Shown here in pieces: positions 1-14,801 of a stretch of DNA of 64,000 nucleotides (positions are counted from its first letter, which is position 1; each line of letters opens with the position of its first letter). This DNA comes from Diadema antillarum. Lineage: Eukaryota. The translations under genes were made by a program, and so were the position numbers. The stretch is from assembly GCF_040938485.1 (NCBI RefSeq), contig NW_027270992.1, positions 5,890,001 through 5,954,000 on the forward strand, given 5' to 3'. The notes beneath the pieces were generated by a model that was not told where the DNA came from, did no database searches, and was given only the letters and a program-made list of their open reading frames with translations.

Positions 1-3000
1 GAATGGCTCAGCCTCTATATCTATCTTGAAGGTGAGGGTTGAAATGAAAACATGAGAAGTCAAGTTCAATGACTGACCTGACTGCTGAATAACCCACCAC
101 AATATGCCAACTGAAACTGAGCACTCCGTACTTTAAAAAAGAGAAGCAAAAAGAAAACAACAGTATCGAAGTGAAACGCCATTCCACAAGTTGACCTCAA
201 CAAATCAGAAAAAAAAGTAGAATGTTAGAAGTCTCTTAAACTTGACATGAAATAAGAAAATTTATGGAATTATTACAGTTTCATATGTCACACCACATAA
301 CTCTTGTTTGCTAAATATATTTAAATGACTGAGATATCTGACTGACTTTCAAGGTTCTGTCTCATTGACCTGCACACAAATCTTCACCAAATATCCTCTT
401 TTTGAAAAAAAAAACAACAACAAACAAATGACAAAACTGCTTATCTTTATCATCACACAGTAGTAGAGTTGCAAAGATATAGACACTTCAAAGGGTTGAT
501 GGTTGCAATTGCTACACATCCTGCATAACTGACAAAAAAACCCAAAACAATACATGCTGTTTACCGGTGCTTTTGTCTAAAAATCTTGTGGGAGGCTTAT
601 GAGATGACAATGGTCACATGAATATTGCGATCCTTTATAAACAATCATAGTCACCTGACTGGGAGAGTAAAATCAAACTGACTTATTGGCTCCCACCACA
701 TTCGATGCAATAATGCCACTCAACCTGTGGCAATCTTTTCAATACTTGTACACATTTCAGCTGCAATTTTCACTCAGTCCCAATATCAGTGACGCTGTCT
801 ATAGTCTACTGAAACAGCACTGTCTCCTTGGATGCATGTCTTCTTCCGACATCTCAATCCCACAAGAGATGTGCACCTGCAGTATTTTTTATCATGCCTC
901 TGTTTAACAAAGATTATCTCTTTCAATGAAAAGACTGGACAGGAGGCTATAGATGCTGCTTGGATTGGAAACCTCAGAAAGTGCTGGAGGAGAGCTGAGG
1001 GAGTACAGTAGTTGGTGCTCCCCCAAAACAAAACATAAGGTGGATGTGATATGCAGGGAGGACACATTCTTGTAGGATGAAAAAAATATTATGAGAGGAC
1101 TTGGGTCAGCATTTCTGTCAACTTCCTACAATCTGGCTAGGGATGGAATGAATAACAGAAAAATCATCACTGTGCTTCACAAGTGATCTTTGGGGCCAAT
1201 AGGTATTGCAGCCCCACCCTCCACTTAAAGTTAGTTATTGTGGGGTTGAAAGAGCAGATTGTTGATTAAAAAAAAAAAAATGACCTTCAAGAAATCTGTA
1301 AGGATGTGCAAACATGGATTCTAATCATACTTGGTGTCACTTGCCACCACAGTGACAGGAGTCAGAGAACGGTCAAGGGGATACATGATTCCCATACAAG
1401 GACATTTGTTTATGATGTTTTGAGAGGAAGAATTTTGGGCAGTCTTGGCTCAAAGACAGAATAAATCTCTATTTGAAACGGATGAGAAGAAAAGCACAAG
1501 AAAAGTTTTTTCTGCCATAAATCTGATTGCAAGCTTTAGACTAGTCCAACTGCATGCAAGTCTTAGCTCATTTCTGGCAATAATACCAGTATCTACTGCT
1601 TTATTTTCTTTCTTTTTTGTATCCCCGGGATACAAAGCACTTAGATTGGCCCCTACTAGTTCAACAGTCGCTTTCATACATCGTTTATTATGTACTCTGA
1701 TTCAAAAGTGTGCAAGAACACATAGGGTCAAGTCCTTGCATTTTTGAATGATTTCTTCATTGTCATTAACAGACTAAGAAAAAAACAATCTATTCATTAG
1801 AACTCATGAGAACTAGCTGAAAAAAAAATAATTTCAAGAATCTTAATCCCCCATAAAAAAGTGAAAATATTGAACAGCTTTCTAGCTGTAAAAGTCAAGT
1901 GATGATGCCACATATGCCTTTTTATAATGACAAAGGAGCTAGGAGCTATCTCCATCCGCCAACCCTGCAGAGGGCCCCACTGTAGGCTTCAAAGTGGAGC
2001 AAAGAGAGTAAAGGAGAACAGAAGAGAGCAGGAAAGAGAAGGAGGGAGAGAAAAAGAGAAAGTGAGTATGGGTGAGCAGTATTTATCCTGCATATTATTT
2101 GAAAGTGATATGATGTGGCACAAGATGCCCGGCTGGATGGGAAAAAGAAAAGTGGTCGAGGAGCATGCGAGCCACGGACGCTTGCAGCAAGCTAAAATGA
2201 GATGTTGAGAGGGACGTGCAGTGCTGAACGCAATGATTACGCACGCATCCTCGTTAGAGATTGATGCCACGATGTGACACGAGGCCTTTAAGGATTATTA
2301 CCATCAATCCAACATGCCAATCCACTGGCCATGAGTAGTCATACTGCACGTAGCGGGAGATTAACTGACAACAATGAAGTTTTGATGGGCTCTTTATCCT
2401 GCCATCCTGAGTATAGACATCTATATCTACGTAGCTTGTGTATGATCGGAAGTGGTACAGAGCTGCCAAGCTCTACTAGATCTGCAGATCAGAAAATACA
2501 TTGATGCACTATGAATTGAAGGCAAAAATCACACTCAAAAATGACAATTTTAAAGGAAAATTGCACATATTTAGGATGCTTACTTAAAGTTTTGAGAAAA
2601 TTCTATTCAAAAACATACTTTTTCATTTTTTCTATAACAGAAAAAAAAAACACAGAACAGTAAATATCATAACAAAATACTAATTGGGAGCTCCTCTTAG
2701 AGAAATTGTTGCCAATTTGAACTGTGGTGGATCCATATTTGCCTTACAAGGCATTGCAAATTGCCCCCAAAACATTCAACACCGTACTATTCAGCCTATA
2801 GACATGATTTTTTTCAAAACATATCCTACGATAACATTACTTCTTCTTCTTTTTTTAAGTTAACCATTGTCATATCCAATTAAATCATATCCATTAATTT
2901 CACATTTATCACATTTAATGCTGCAGAATCTGATTTTTTTTTCTCCAAAATGCAGACAAGCTTGGAAGATCTAACCTAGCATCATGATGGTTAATGTTTA

Positions 3001-4001
3001 TAGTTAATTTCTATAGTAATTTTGAGCAACACATTACACACGCAGTACACATGACTAAAATGCCCCCCCCCCCCCCCCCCCGCCTAAATTTGAGAACACA
3101 TCTGACAGCAATACACAATGAACAACACACACACACACAAACACACAGAGGGAAAAACAAATACTAATCTACAAGTACTTTCCTCCTTTGAGCTGTGTTC
3201 AGCACTGGGGGGATAGAGCCTTTTATTCGCCCTAATCTCTGTACACAAAACTGTTGCAGGCAAATGGGGCCTACACTCCTTGTAATAGAATAAACCCTGT
3301 GAGAGGAAAATATTCAAATACATACATACAATGTGGCACTTCTCGATTACTAGCAAAAGCTTACAGGGACTTGTGAACAGAGTTTCTCTCTCCCACTCAT
3401 TTTTTTTTCTTTCTTTTTCCTCCCTTTTTTTTCAGGCATCCATTCAACTACTCCAAGGGATTTCCACACACTAAGATCACTCTGAACAAACTTTTTTCCG
3501 AATACCTTGTTCAAACCAAATCTCTTGTGCAAGCCACCCTTCATGTTGTCTTAGCAATCAAGTCATGCCCATATGCATACTCACAGAAAATCCGCTTTCA
3601 CCTTTCACTTTCTCTTGCCACTTGAGGGGCCGAGTCGGAAACCCCGTGCCCCTGTGCAAACCAGACACACATGGAAGACATTTTGGATGGACGTACGTAC
3701 ACTATATAGAACCCAAGGTTTTGCTGGTTTATCCAAAGTCGGTGCTATTTAGTGAGATGGTTGTAAGGTACTAAGGGGCAGGTATGCAGAGAGTCAGGTT
3801 CAAAGATTACGTATGCAACTGTCTCTGGCGCCAGGTCAGTTGATAAGCCACGAGGTCAGAGCAGATCAATAAACACGTTACAAGCAGAGGCAATAAATAT
3901 GTCCATTAGTACATCAGTGCACTTTATCATCTGTCCAAACTTTATTGGGATGGGGGGGTGGGGGAGGGGCATGGAGAGAAATAGAGAGGTTTCACACTCA
4001 C

Positions 4002-4062
4002 CACAAAGGACGAAGTTGCAAATGTGTTCTTAAATGCATTTCATGGTAATGGAGCGTAAAGT
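4002..4062 (-). other. Candidate 61-nt internal exon of an unidentified minus-strand transcript
   Basis: gtttgtgttcag|ACTTTACG...CCTTTGTG|gtgagtgtg; one open frame (FTLHYHEMHLRTHLQLRPL); product not recognised. Confidence 0.35.
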
Positions 4063-4739
4063 CTGAACACAAACTTGAACCAAAGTTTTCCTTATGCATG
4101 TTCCTTATGTGAAGATTCGAGCAATCACAGTCTTAAGGTGATTCCCTGTATTTTTGCTCCATTTTGGCTCCTCATTTGCAAGGAGAAAGGTTTCACCTTT
4201 ACAACAAGCATTAAGAGCTCATGAATCTTAGTTTGACCTTGTATTCACTTCCACAATGGTACGTGCATGAAGGTTTGTCGTACTCCTGCTATCTAAGCAG
4301 ATTGAGAGTTGGAATGTTTGATTGACAGGTTACCGAGTTTGTGACACAGCTGTTGCTTGAAAACTTGTTTGCAGGCATTTTAATGCGACCAGCAAGGAGA
4401 CACATTTCAGTGTCTGAACACCCGATAAATACTTAAACAAATTTAGGAAAATGTATTTCAGAAATGTGATCACAAACAATATATTTTGTATTTTGTGTGA
4501 AATCCAGCACAGAGGATCAGGGGAACAGAAATGGCTGTGGGGTTGGGGTTAGGTGTCAAGCTCAAAAACTAACTCGAGACTACTGTCAGGGTGGTAGTAT
4601 GGTTGTTCTTCTATTAGTGTTATTCTTAAAAGGAATGTAGGGCCTAAATCATTATTTCAATTTCTTCTCAATGGCTTTGCCAGCATATCCTGTATCTATA
4701 TCATTGACTGCTGAGAAGTGACAATTTCGTCTAACAAGC

Positions 4740-4870
4740 AATCATCATAATCATTGTCAATACTATCGTTTTTGTCATCATTGATATCACAATTATCACT
4801 GTTATTCTCATTATCATTATTCTTTATTATCATCAGCATCATTGACATAATCATCAGTTCATTATTAGTG
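4740..4870. repeat. Degenerate (TCA/TTA)n low-complexity tract
   Basis: Visible trinucleotide periodicity; explains the spurious ORFs at 4696 and 4754. Confidence 0.75.
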
Positions 4871-7140
4871 TCTAGTTGTTTCCTCTTTATACTGCTGCCC
4901 CATATACCGTACCTAATCCCTACAATGAGAGATATTATTCGTGACACAAGTATCTGATTCTGCCACGATATCAGTTTGAAATGGATGCATGAAGGACCAT
5001 CTTGATATCAACATATCCATCTTTGGGAGGGGCCAAGTGCACCACTGATAGAAATGGGAGCCATTTCGTAACCCACGCATTGGGTGGAAATTGGTAAAGA
5101 AAAACTGTGGCACAACATCATTATTGCCGGAAATATCAGCACCCTGGCACCACACAGACTGTGGAGTACAGCTGCCCAGCATGAAAAATGGAGCCAATGA
5201 TATTGCTTCTGTCCACTTGACTTGTCTGCGGTGAGAGAATTGAGAACAAATCTGTATTTGACCTGGATATCTCTTGATTTGTTTGGAGGACGAAGATCAA
5301 AGTCTCTGTGATGTGCGACATACCTGACTCGGACTATCTTTAATCCACCTACATTAGGAATGAACGTCATTCCCTGGGCTTTGAGGTGAAGTTATCAGCC
5401 AGTCACAAAAGACTGTCAATAATCCCATTCTTTTCAACACGTGGGACTACAGCAGCTACAACAACACATTCCCACATTTCCCACCAATCATGTAGGCCTA
5501 TTGTTAGCTGAATGGATTTTTCCTGACTCACATCATTAATCAGTCCAATCCTCCTCTCAAGTAAATTCAGTGGCGTCAAGGCCTCTCCAAACATTGACTT
5601 TTGGTCACCACGGTTACGTGTACATTTCTCATCAACTGCCGGGCAAACAGGTACTTAATGTAGATAAGCCAGCACCCTGCAAGAAGTGCAGATTTTGTGC
5701 ACATGAGCCTGAGGGAAATGAGCTGAATCTACAACCACCTTGGGACTACCGAGTGGAATGATTAATGTGCATTACTTCCCCTTGATTAATGTCATATCCA
5801 GACATGATTTCCACTGGGCTTTCAGTACTGCTTCGGAAGTCTAATGGCAATATTTTCGCAGAGTTTCATTCCTACTGCTCAGCTAAAGAAAACAAAAAGT
5901 GCTAAACATCTAAACAATTTACTCCTTTTAATCAAATGCAGTGAGACACTATTACACGACATGAGCTGCGTAATAATCTCAATTTTGCTGATACCCCAGC
6001 TGGGGTGCAGTCTAGCATCTGATACTGTACCCCCCATTCATACTGCTACCGAGTCTGGGGTCGGCCTGGTGTACAATAGCTTTTTCCTGATCATCAGCAG
6101 CAACAGAGCATGTGGGTTTCAGAGCTTGTGTGGGTTCACACTGCTATGAACTCCATCCCAATCTCCCGTGTATATCGTAGAGAGTGAATTGCAACTGGCA
6201 GACGTCCGAACAAGCCATGGGTGAGCTCAACTCAGAGCTCAGAGCTCACCTGAACCTAGCCAGAGACTGGAATCAGTATGAAGGGGGCACGCAGGAAACC
6301 CATCACAGAGGCTGGAGCCAGTTTGCTCTGCAATGATATATTATTGATCCTGGAGTCGGATGTCTCTTTCTTTCTCTGTGTCTGTCAGTCTGTCTCCCCC
6401 ATTCTCATCCTTTTTTTTTAACCATCATCCATCTACCTCCTCTTTATTCTCCTCCCCATCCACCACTGCCAAGGACACCTGGGACTGGATGGATGCTTAG
6501 TCTTACTCCACCAGACTTTACTCTGTCGGGGCTCATCGAGAACAAGACTCGAGATCGCCACCTATTCATATCCAGCTGATTTATGATGCACATCTTAGAT
6601 CACTAAAGAGGCATGATGTTGTACATCATACCACTGAACACATCATACATCCATTTCTGCTGATAATGTGTCATTTCGATTTCGATTTCATGTCTTTGAC
6701 TATTAGAATTTCTCCTTGCAATATACATAACAAAACAAAACGGTGTGGAGGAGACTAGCATGGCAAAATGATCAATAGAGTGATAAGTACCATCTGAAGA
6801 TACTGGATATGAAAATGTCACACTAAAACTAGGCAAGACTTCAGAGCAGCTTGGTTAAGAGTAATTCTTATCTTATTAGAAATAGTGATATATACCACTG
6901 CCATCCAAATATCTCAAAGAGCCACCGAGATATAACCTGCCTGACATACTAGTAGGACCTATATCCATACCCTCAATATATCACGCTCCCAAAACAGGCC
7001 ATCTGACACCAACTTTTCTGTGGACTGTCCAACCTTTTCAAATTGCAATGTTAATGTTTATGAAAAAGAAGTTAATGGGGACGAGAGAGAGAGTTATAAT
7101 GATGAAGATGAGTTTTACAGTATTGATGACGACGACAACA

Positions 7141-7530
7141 TTAAAGGGATAGTACAGTATTGGTGGAGATGAGAATTGGGCTTCTAACTTTTTGCAAGAT
7201 ACCAAGAAAACACTTATGATATAGTACAGAGCATACCATTTTAAGAGGAATTCAAAGTTTATTTTATTAAAATTGGGTTTGGAATAACTGAAACATACAA
7301 AAACAAAGTAAAACAAAGCGATCGTAGTAAAGTGTGGGTCCCTCACTTTATTATAATCACTCTTTTTTGGATATCTCAGCCATTTCAAAACCAATTTTCA
7401 TCAAAGAAACATTGAATACCTCATAGAACTACATGCTCTTTATTATTTCATAAGAGGTTTCTCATTATCTCACCAAAAAATGTTAGAAACCTGAAATTAG
7501 GTCTCAACCAAAACTGTACCATCCCTTTAA
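7141..7530. mobile_element. Kolobok/T2-like MITE (TTAA-AGGG termini), subfamily A
   Basis: TTAA|AGGGATAGTACAGTATTGG ... CCAAAACTGTACCATCCCT|TTAA; about 25-bp imperfect TIR; close copy at 47912. Confidence 0.85.
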
Positions 7531-8102
7531 AGGTATAGGCCTATATAGATGTCTGTAGCATGATTTCATCGCTAGCATCACAATCAAAATATGATTGGTG
7601 CCATGAACTCTATAAAACTGTCGCCCCAGTTCTTGTCCCCGCTCCTTTCCTTCACTCATCATCCAACTTATTAGAGTTGGAGGTTTGAGTGGGAGGACAT
7701 ATCGCTCTTAAAGCCTGATTTCGCTCCGAAAAACTACCTCACCAAAAAAAAAAAGAAAAAATACTGCATAGTCAGCTCTTTGTTCACAATGATGTGGTTC
7801 AGAATGTTGGTGTCCGTAAGATCTAGGCCATGAAATTAATGTGGAAAACACAAAAAGCTCTATAGTGAATAAATCATTACACTATAACTACATTATAAAC
7901 TCAAATTGATCATCCAGGTCCCACATACCCACCACTGTGTTTGCATCTTTACACTTATGCAGTCTTCATCTTTGTTTTAGAAATTTTGTGCACTTTGGTA
8001 TAATACAACCCTAAAATTCCACCCTTGCTGAATTCAAGGAATTAACAATTTACAAAAATGGCATTTCACCTGTTGAGAAAGGTATTCAATAGATTATCAG
8101 TG

Positions 8103-8193
8103 CTAAGCCCCAATGTGAGTCCCGAGTATACTAGGGCAAGCGTATATGGGAAATGCGCGTTGTAGCAAAATCAAACCATCCTCAACGGGTTAA
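8103..8193. mobile_element. Short piggyBac-like MITE copy, left end degraded
   Basis: CCCGAGTATACTAGGGCAAG...TAGCAAAATCAAACCATCCTCAACGGGTTAA matches the other two copies. Confidence 0.65.
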
Positions 8194-8682
8194 GGAACAA
8201 CGCATTTGCATCCTTCTCAGACCCATTGCTCATCATACATATATCCATGAAAACTGCCAGAGTTTGGCCACACACCAAGCTCACCGAGCTCCATTTCCGT
8301 GCATGAAGACGTACCTTCAATGCACGATAAACATCTTGACAAATAAAAAAAAAAAAAAAAAGTTTTTTTTAAATAAATCACACCATGAAATCCATCATGC
8401 AATAACAAGTTAACTACAGTTGGCTCCATGTTCTCTGATATGTATCATTAGTTCCTATCTTTATTGGCAGGCCATCCCTGCAAATGGCAATGATGATCAT
8501 GATAACGAATGTGCCACAAACTGTTTACTTGAGTATCAAACATGAGCACAATTCCTGAAGAGAATTTCTTCTGACAGCTTAATCATGTTGCTGGTGCTGA
8601 AGTTGCGGCATCTGAAAACAATCCCGGTCAATGCCCTGAATGTTTAAAGATGCTCCCAGGGATGCTTAGTTAAAGCAACTTA

Positions 8683-9110
8683 CCCCATGTTCAGGCATAA
8701 ACTAGTCTATACCAAAACTCGATAAAGAAACAACATATAAAGAATCATTGTATAGCTGACAGACCGTTCAGACACTAATCTCGACCATCCTGGAAAACGT
8801 ATAGACGCACAGTTTCCCACTGCACATGTTGTTATGGTCATGACATCGCCGCTACTGAGAAGAATAGAGTCACCTTTTGTGCACGCTTTGTGCAGTTGTA
8901 CCGTTCTATGGTCGCTATACGCTCAGACACACATGGACATGAATGAAATGCTGATTCATTATCAAGTTCTGGTTCGAAACGATGCTCTGACCGCTGTTTC
9001 GTTACACATCATTTCATTATACATCGTTTCATTAGTCAGCGTTCAGACACATGAATTCATCATTATTAGCTATACCGTTTTGGTATAAATTTTTTGTGTC
9101 TGAACACCCT
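8683..9110. mobile_element. Degraded MITE, PIF/Harbinger-like (GTTCAGACAC motifs)
   Basis: Imperfect TIR core TGTTCAG.CA.AAA....T.TATACCAAAAC at both ends; internal CGTTCAGACAC repeats. Confidence 0.45.
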
Positions 9111-11703
9111 GCAAAACAAGCAAATGAAATGTTTTGAGTCCACACACCTAACTCCTTGTCTTCATAGACTGGTCTGAATACATATATTAGCATCATAATT
9201 GTAACCTCTCTATGGCATGCAGCAAAGATATCATCTACATAGAGACATATTTTAATTTGTAGCAAAACTAGCTAAACAATTAATTTAACATGTGCCTTAT
9301 TTCAAATATTCCTTCCACTTTCCTTCCTACAGACTAAGAACCCTTCCTTCCTTCACAGCGGTCTTTACTAGGCACCTGAATTCAATTCCGTTGTTCACGT
9401 ATGCCTATCTAATATTAACCGATCCCTATTTTAAGAGATTGGTCCTTCGCAGAGTGAAAATCAATCACACTCAACTGGCAAAACACTTGAGACGTTACGA
9501 TTACGAGTTGGTAGTCACTTAATGTCTCCTCCTTATCAGGCCCTTTGATCTGAATTCCATTCCACTGACCACTCTTCTTACTTATCATTCCTCGGCATCC
9601 TCTTCAACTGCTTTTGCTTTTCACTTTCTTTTTCTGAATGCCAGCTTGCCTGTTTGCTGGACATCTGTATTATTCTTTGCTCAAAGAGTTTTTCATCACG
9701 TCATTAATTCCAGTTTTTGCTCATCCTTTGTTTGAACTAGTTTAACCTTGCTGATGTTGCTATGGTGACTAGCACCTCTTCTTTCCATAAAGACCTTGCT
9801 ACCTTTTCAGACACTTCTTGTTCTAAGGTTGAATCATCACCTTCGCAGATATAATGCAAAAGAAATAGTTTTTATTCAGTTCCTCTTCCCTCTGCTGGAT
9901 CCTTGACGTACTTTTCCTTTTTCCTGCATGGGACATTTTGTGTCAATAACCTCCCCTCCCCCCCCCCTCATTCACACCCCCTACCATGAAAGGGGTATAA
10001 ATGATTTCTTTCTCTTTTTCAGTGTACTTCCTCCCGCACTATCCGCCCAGCTAAGCCATTAAATTAAATCCACTCCTTCTTTGGCTCCTTATTTCTGATC
10101 AAAAAAGGTTCACAATGGCTTGCGTCCTGGACGAGCTCCAAATGACAACACGGGGACCAGTAACAGCACGTGGTATTGTTACCCCCATCACCTGCCCTGT
10201 TGTTATCCTGTCACTGTGTCCTGTATACACAGCATCATCTATGATGCTTATTCCCCCTCCCTTTCAACCCCCTCCCCTTCCATAAAGCAATATACCCCAT
10301 TAAGTGGAGATACTTCCTTTCTTTCACCATAATGCATATAAATGAAAGGAAATTCTTTGCCGGTCCATTGTGTGGGTGCTCATTAGCATCTTCAAGCCTC
10401 ACAGAAGTATTCACAGCGGGCCTTTCATGGTACGCACGTACATGACACTTGCACCGAGGTACCGCCGGTGCTGACAATGGGTACATGTTGCAGGGGATGA
10501 ATCTGGGGACTTTGCCTTGCAACATGAGATGATCTTCTATGAGGAGTGATGAGTTTGTGTTGCCTGCGCAGTTCAGCTTGGTGGCTCCTCCAAGGGCGTG
10601 CATTAATGAGTGCCTGTAAATGCCACTGCCATGCTTGCTCAAAAGCATGGGCCTCCCATCATGTTTGCAGGTTGTGTAACCACTCTGTCCAAAAAGTAAC
10701 TCGAAAATTTCTGTTGTGTACGCAGAAGAATTGCACTGTGGATCTAATTCTTTGTTGGTATAGCAACAGAAGCATCTGAATATTTTATATTTAGGCTTTC
10801 TGTATTTCCCCTGAAACAATCCACTTGATATGTGTGTTCAATACTCTGTCCTTACACTGGTTTGCTATGCCAAAGGGGGAAATGTTTGACACATTTGGGC
10901 TGGAATTCTATAGGCTAAACAGAAGCTACTGTATCATCAAGAAATGCAATGAAAGCCAACAGTTCCTCTCTTGTCTGGGTGTGAATTTAAAGCAACCAAA
11001 GGGATAGATTGACTCAGAGATACCTGACCCGTGAAGGGTAGGCCTAATGAGTTTTTGAAATTCCTTTAAAAATTCATTTTTCCATAATCCATGTATACTA
11101 AAAATAGCAACCCCCCTGAGAAAGCAAAAGTGAACCACTCTTCAATCGGCATGCTTGGAAACTGTGATAAAGCTTGTTCAAGACAAATGGGAAATAAATA
11201 TATCATGGAGGAAATGAGGGCAAAACACGAGATGCTTTATTTGTGCCTTGTTTTTTCCGTGGAACGAAAATGCACTTAGAGCACTTCCCTTCGGCGTCAT
11301 CAAATGGAACCGAACTTCGCAAAGTCACATTACGATGCATCAGAGATCACCTTGCGAAGGGGAAGCGAGGAGGAGGGTTCATTACATTGTGTGGACTCCC
11401 GTTCATCCTATTCCGGCCCCATTAGCTCACTGCCATTAGTCTGGCGGTAATCTGTCCTCGTCTTGCCCCGATAACCCTGCTTCTCCCATCACCTCAGCCG
11501 CCAAAAAAGAAAGGGGGGGGGGGGCAGGGGCAACTTGCGGCAACTCAAGACATTTGCCTAGGGCGGCCGTCAAAGGGCAAAGGGTATTTGGGGAGGATGC
11601 CTATCTCCCAATCCTGGCTAAGGGATTATTACAATTGGAATCATCACCTGATCACCACAAACTAAGCATTTGAAATCAAATACATCCATCACCTGTTTTT
11701 TGC

Positions 11704-11802
11704 TTAACCCGTTGAGGGCGGTTTGATTTTGCTACAAGTACAACATGCATTTCCCATAGACATCTGCCCGAGTATACTCGAGACTTGTCCTAAATGGGTT
11801 AA
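11704..11802. mobile_element. Short piggyBac-like MITE (TTAA-CCC...GGG-TTAA)
   Basis: TTAACCCGTTGAGG ... CCTAAATGGGTTAA; the internal GAGTATACTCGGGCAG and GTAGCAAAATCA motifs are shared with 8103 and 24853. Confidence 0.75.
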
Positions 11803-14758
11803 GAATGAAGGAAGGTGCACCTCTCATCCCCTCCTGACACAAACATACTACAGCTCTCCAATCTTTATATTCTGGAGTCATTCTATCCAATTCATTAAAT
11901 AAACGATGGGACAAAAATGATGAAGTAGCAGTCTAGGGCCTACATTTTTTATTACACATTACTCATATTATTCTATAAAATTTTGTCGAATTAACCATCA
12001 ACCATCAGCCCTACACAATTCAACAGATCAGCGGATTGAGTGTAATGATTTGTTGTTATAAGTATACTGTAGTAGGTACTATTTGTAATGTGTCCTATGG
12101 TTGAGTCAACGACAATGATAATGACGATAACTGTGATCATAATATAATAACATTAATTGTTCATTATTCCCCTTCCCCTCAACCCCCACCCCCCCCCCCC
12201 CACATAAATATTATGTTATTTGTAACTGTACTTGAATATGTTACCTTTCTAGGCTAGGGGCCCCTTCAATAGTTCAAATGCCAGTTTGAGACTTACAGGG
12301 TTAATGGGCCAATTAGGCACACACTATAAACCACAGCTTGTTGGTGGTAGCATTCGGTGAGGGTTTCCACGGACAGATGGCATAAACTCTCCTTGAGAAG
12401 TTTCGCTTCCATAAATCGCACCCCAAATGGCGAGCCTTCGCCACTGGTGATGGAGAAATGTTACCCCGGCAAGACCCAGATGCCCATCCTCTGTATCACA
12501 CATGTATGTATAGATGCTGAACACTACTGTGAGTATCACTCATACCGAAGGCATCCGTATCCAGTGAAGGATGTGGGTCATGAATTTTCACAACTCCTTT
12601 CACTGGGGAAGTTTATGGCATCTGTGCGGTGACAGACTTTCGTTAATGACACACGGGAAATAAACAACAGGGAATGAAGGATGTACGTTTAGGCCTACAT
12701 ATCAATTCAAATCACACAAACATAAAAGCAGTAAAAACAACAGCACATCAGCTATACACATAAATGCTAATTCACACCAAATAAAATTTGCAGTTCAACT
12801 CACTATCTGTTGTGGGGGGGGGGGGGCGTGGAAGTGGTTCCTCAGACATATTGTCTCCTGCACATCTCCTGAGTATCTTGTCTATCCTCCAATTCTGCCT
12901 TCTCCATTTTATAACAGCTTCTGTCATTTCTTTTATTAGTCTGTACAACAACAACAAAACCATAACCACAAATTCTCGTCCTACTTCAAAGGGATAGAAC
13001 TGTATCCTCAACGATGCAGGGCCTACCTAGGGATGACTTAAGTCTGTCGTCCATTCAAGACAAAAGCGCTAAAAGAAGGGATAACTTAGAACAATCATCT
13101 GTCTTCACTCAGGCAATAACCACTGAAATCCAATCAATTACTTCATTAATAATTCCGCATCCAAGAAAACATGAAAATGTGAATAAATCTTTGGTGCCTG
13201 TCAGCACTCTTCTACCAGGAAGGCCCAAGGTGACGAATTTCTGAAGAAATGCCACCAAAAAATTTATCACCACATCAAATATTCATCACTGAAATGTATG
13301 CTTGGCTCCTCATATTCTACTACCCCAAGGCCTCTCATAGTCTTGATTTCAGACCTCACTTCTCCTTCATCATAATTCATACAGCAAGTATCACCTATAA
13401 ATTGCAAATCAAAAGCTGCCACATGTTTCTGCAAACTGATACATTTATAGCTATGAAATACAATCTTGGAATCATACGCAAGACTCCAGAACAGGATTTA
13501 CCTCATTCTAGAAATTTAACTCCCGCACTGGATCCTGAACTGAATCAAAATACAAATTGTAAGTCTATAGTACGGCAATCCTGTGAAGCGTCTATCTCTC
13601 CTTCGAACTAGGACGGGGGTTGATCTGCAATGTAGCTTTATTCTCAGGCACGGCTGCGTTAATAAACATGATCAATTCTGAAAAATCCAGCCTCAACCAT
13701 ATTTTGTCAAGAATACTCACATGCAAAGAATGATGGATGAAACCTTCTTGCAAGAAAGCAGAAAGCCACAAGGGATTTGAAAAAAACCCACCTTTGATGC
13801 ATGATAATGTCATGAATTAGCATGACAAGTGCACAGGGCGGGCAAATAGAGATTTCTAAAAACAAAATGTTGTTGCTGGGAATAAAATGTATGAGAGTAA
13901 TGAACATTTCATGGTCAAAATGAAAATGTACCTAAAAGTTTGACGGGAAAGACAATATCATTTAAAAAAAAAGCATACGTAGGCCTACATAGTTGCTGGG
14001 TAGTCTCACAAAAATACATTATCACTTGGCCCTGCACTTGATTACGTGCAAATAAGTTGTACTTTTGATTTAAAACATCCTTATAGTTAGTTTCAAATCT
14101 TAGTGATATAGGGCCCATTCCTGCTGGCATTAGATTTTACAGGCACCAAATTATTTCCAAGCACAATCTCCTTTATTATTTTAGAATTTTACATGGAAAT
14201 AAAATCAAATATCAAATTCACATAGTCAAAATATCACAATAGACACTACACTATATATACATGGAAAACCAACACATAGGAGACTGCAGTATACAGACAA
14301 ATTCCACTTCGTCGCCACCGACGGCAAATTTAAGTATATGCAACCCAACCAACATTTATGCATTCTTCACAGCCAGTTAGGCATCGTAGCCTGATCCTCT
14401 TGTTCTCTTTGACTTCCGCACACTCATTACGTGTTCAATCTAAGAAAGCACTGGGCAAGAATTCGCACATCGTCAGCGAAGCATGTTGTGTTTATATCCT
14501 ACGAGCTATAACAGCGCAGTGCCTCCCCCCCCCCCAAATAAAAGATGGAAAATAAAAATGTGTCAAGCCCCTTTCTCCTGCGTTTCGTTCCTGCCGAGTA
14601 AAGAAAGAGTTCAACCAAACTGGATTTCTTCATCCGTGCACATTGAAATTGCAACAGAATTACCCAGGTCTTTGTGGAGAATGCCTCGAGGCTACATGGA
14701 AGGAGTGTGAGGAAAATAGGGAAGGCTAGTGAAATCAGTGTGTGCCTACAGCAAGGTT

Positions 14759-14761
<3 letters not shown>

Positions 14762-14798
<37 letters not shown>
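14762..14798. repeat. (CA)n microsatellite
   Basis: Direct reading. Confidence 0.95.

Positions 14799-14801
<3 letters not shown>

Noticed and set aside
9480-9860. Purine-rich minus-strand stretch giving K/E/Q-rich peptides (possible LINE ORF1 or TE accessory relic)
   Set aside because: Broken by stops and frameshifts with no diagnostic motif; cannot be assigned.
10235-10819. Longest N-free ORF (194 aa, minus strand)
   Set aside because: No recognisable domain, no convincing splice boundaries, and the ends run into AT-rich or simple sequence; consistent with a chance ORF in a GC-rich patch.
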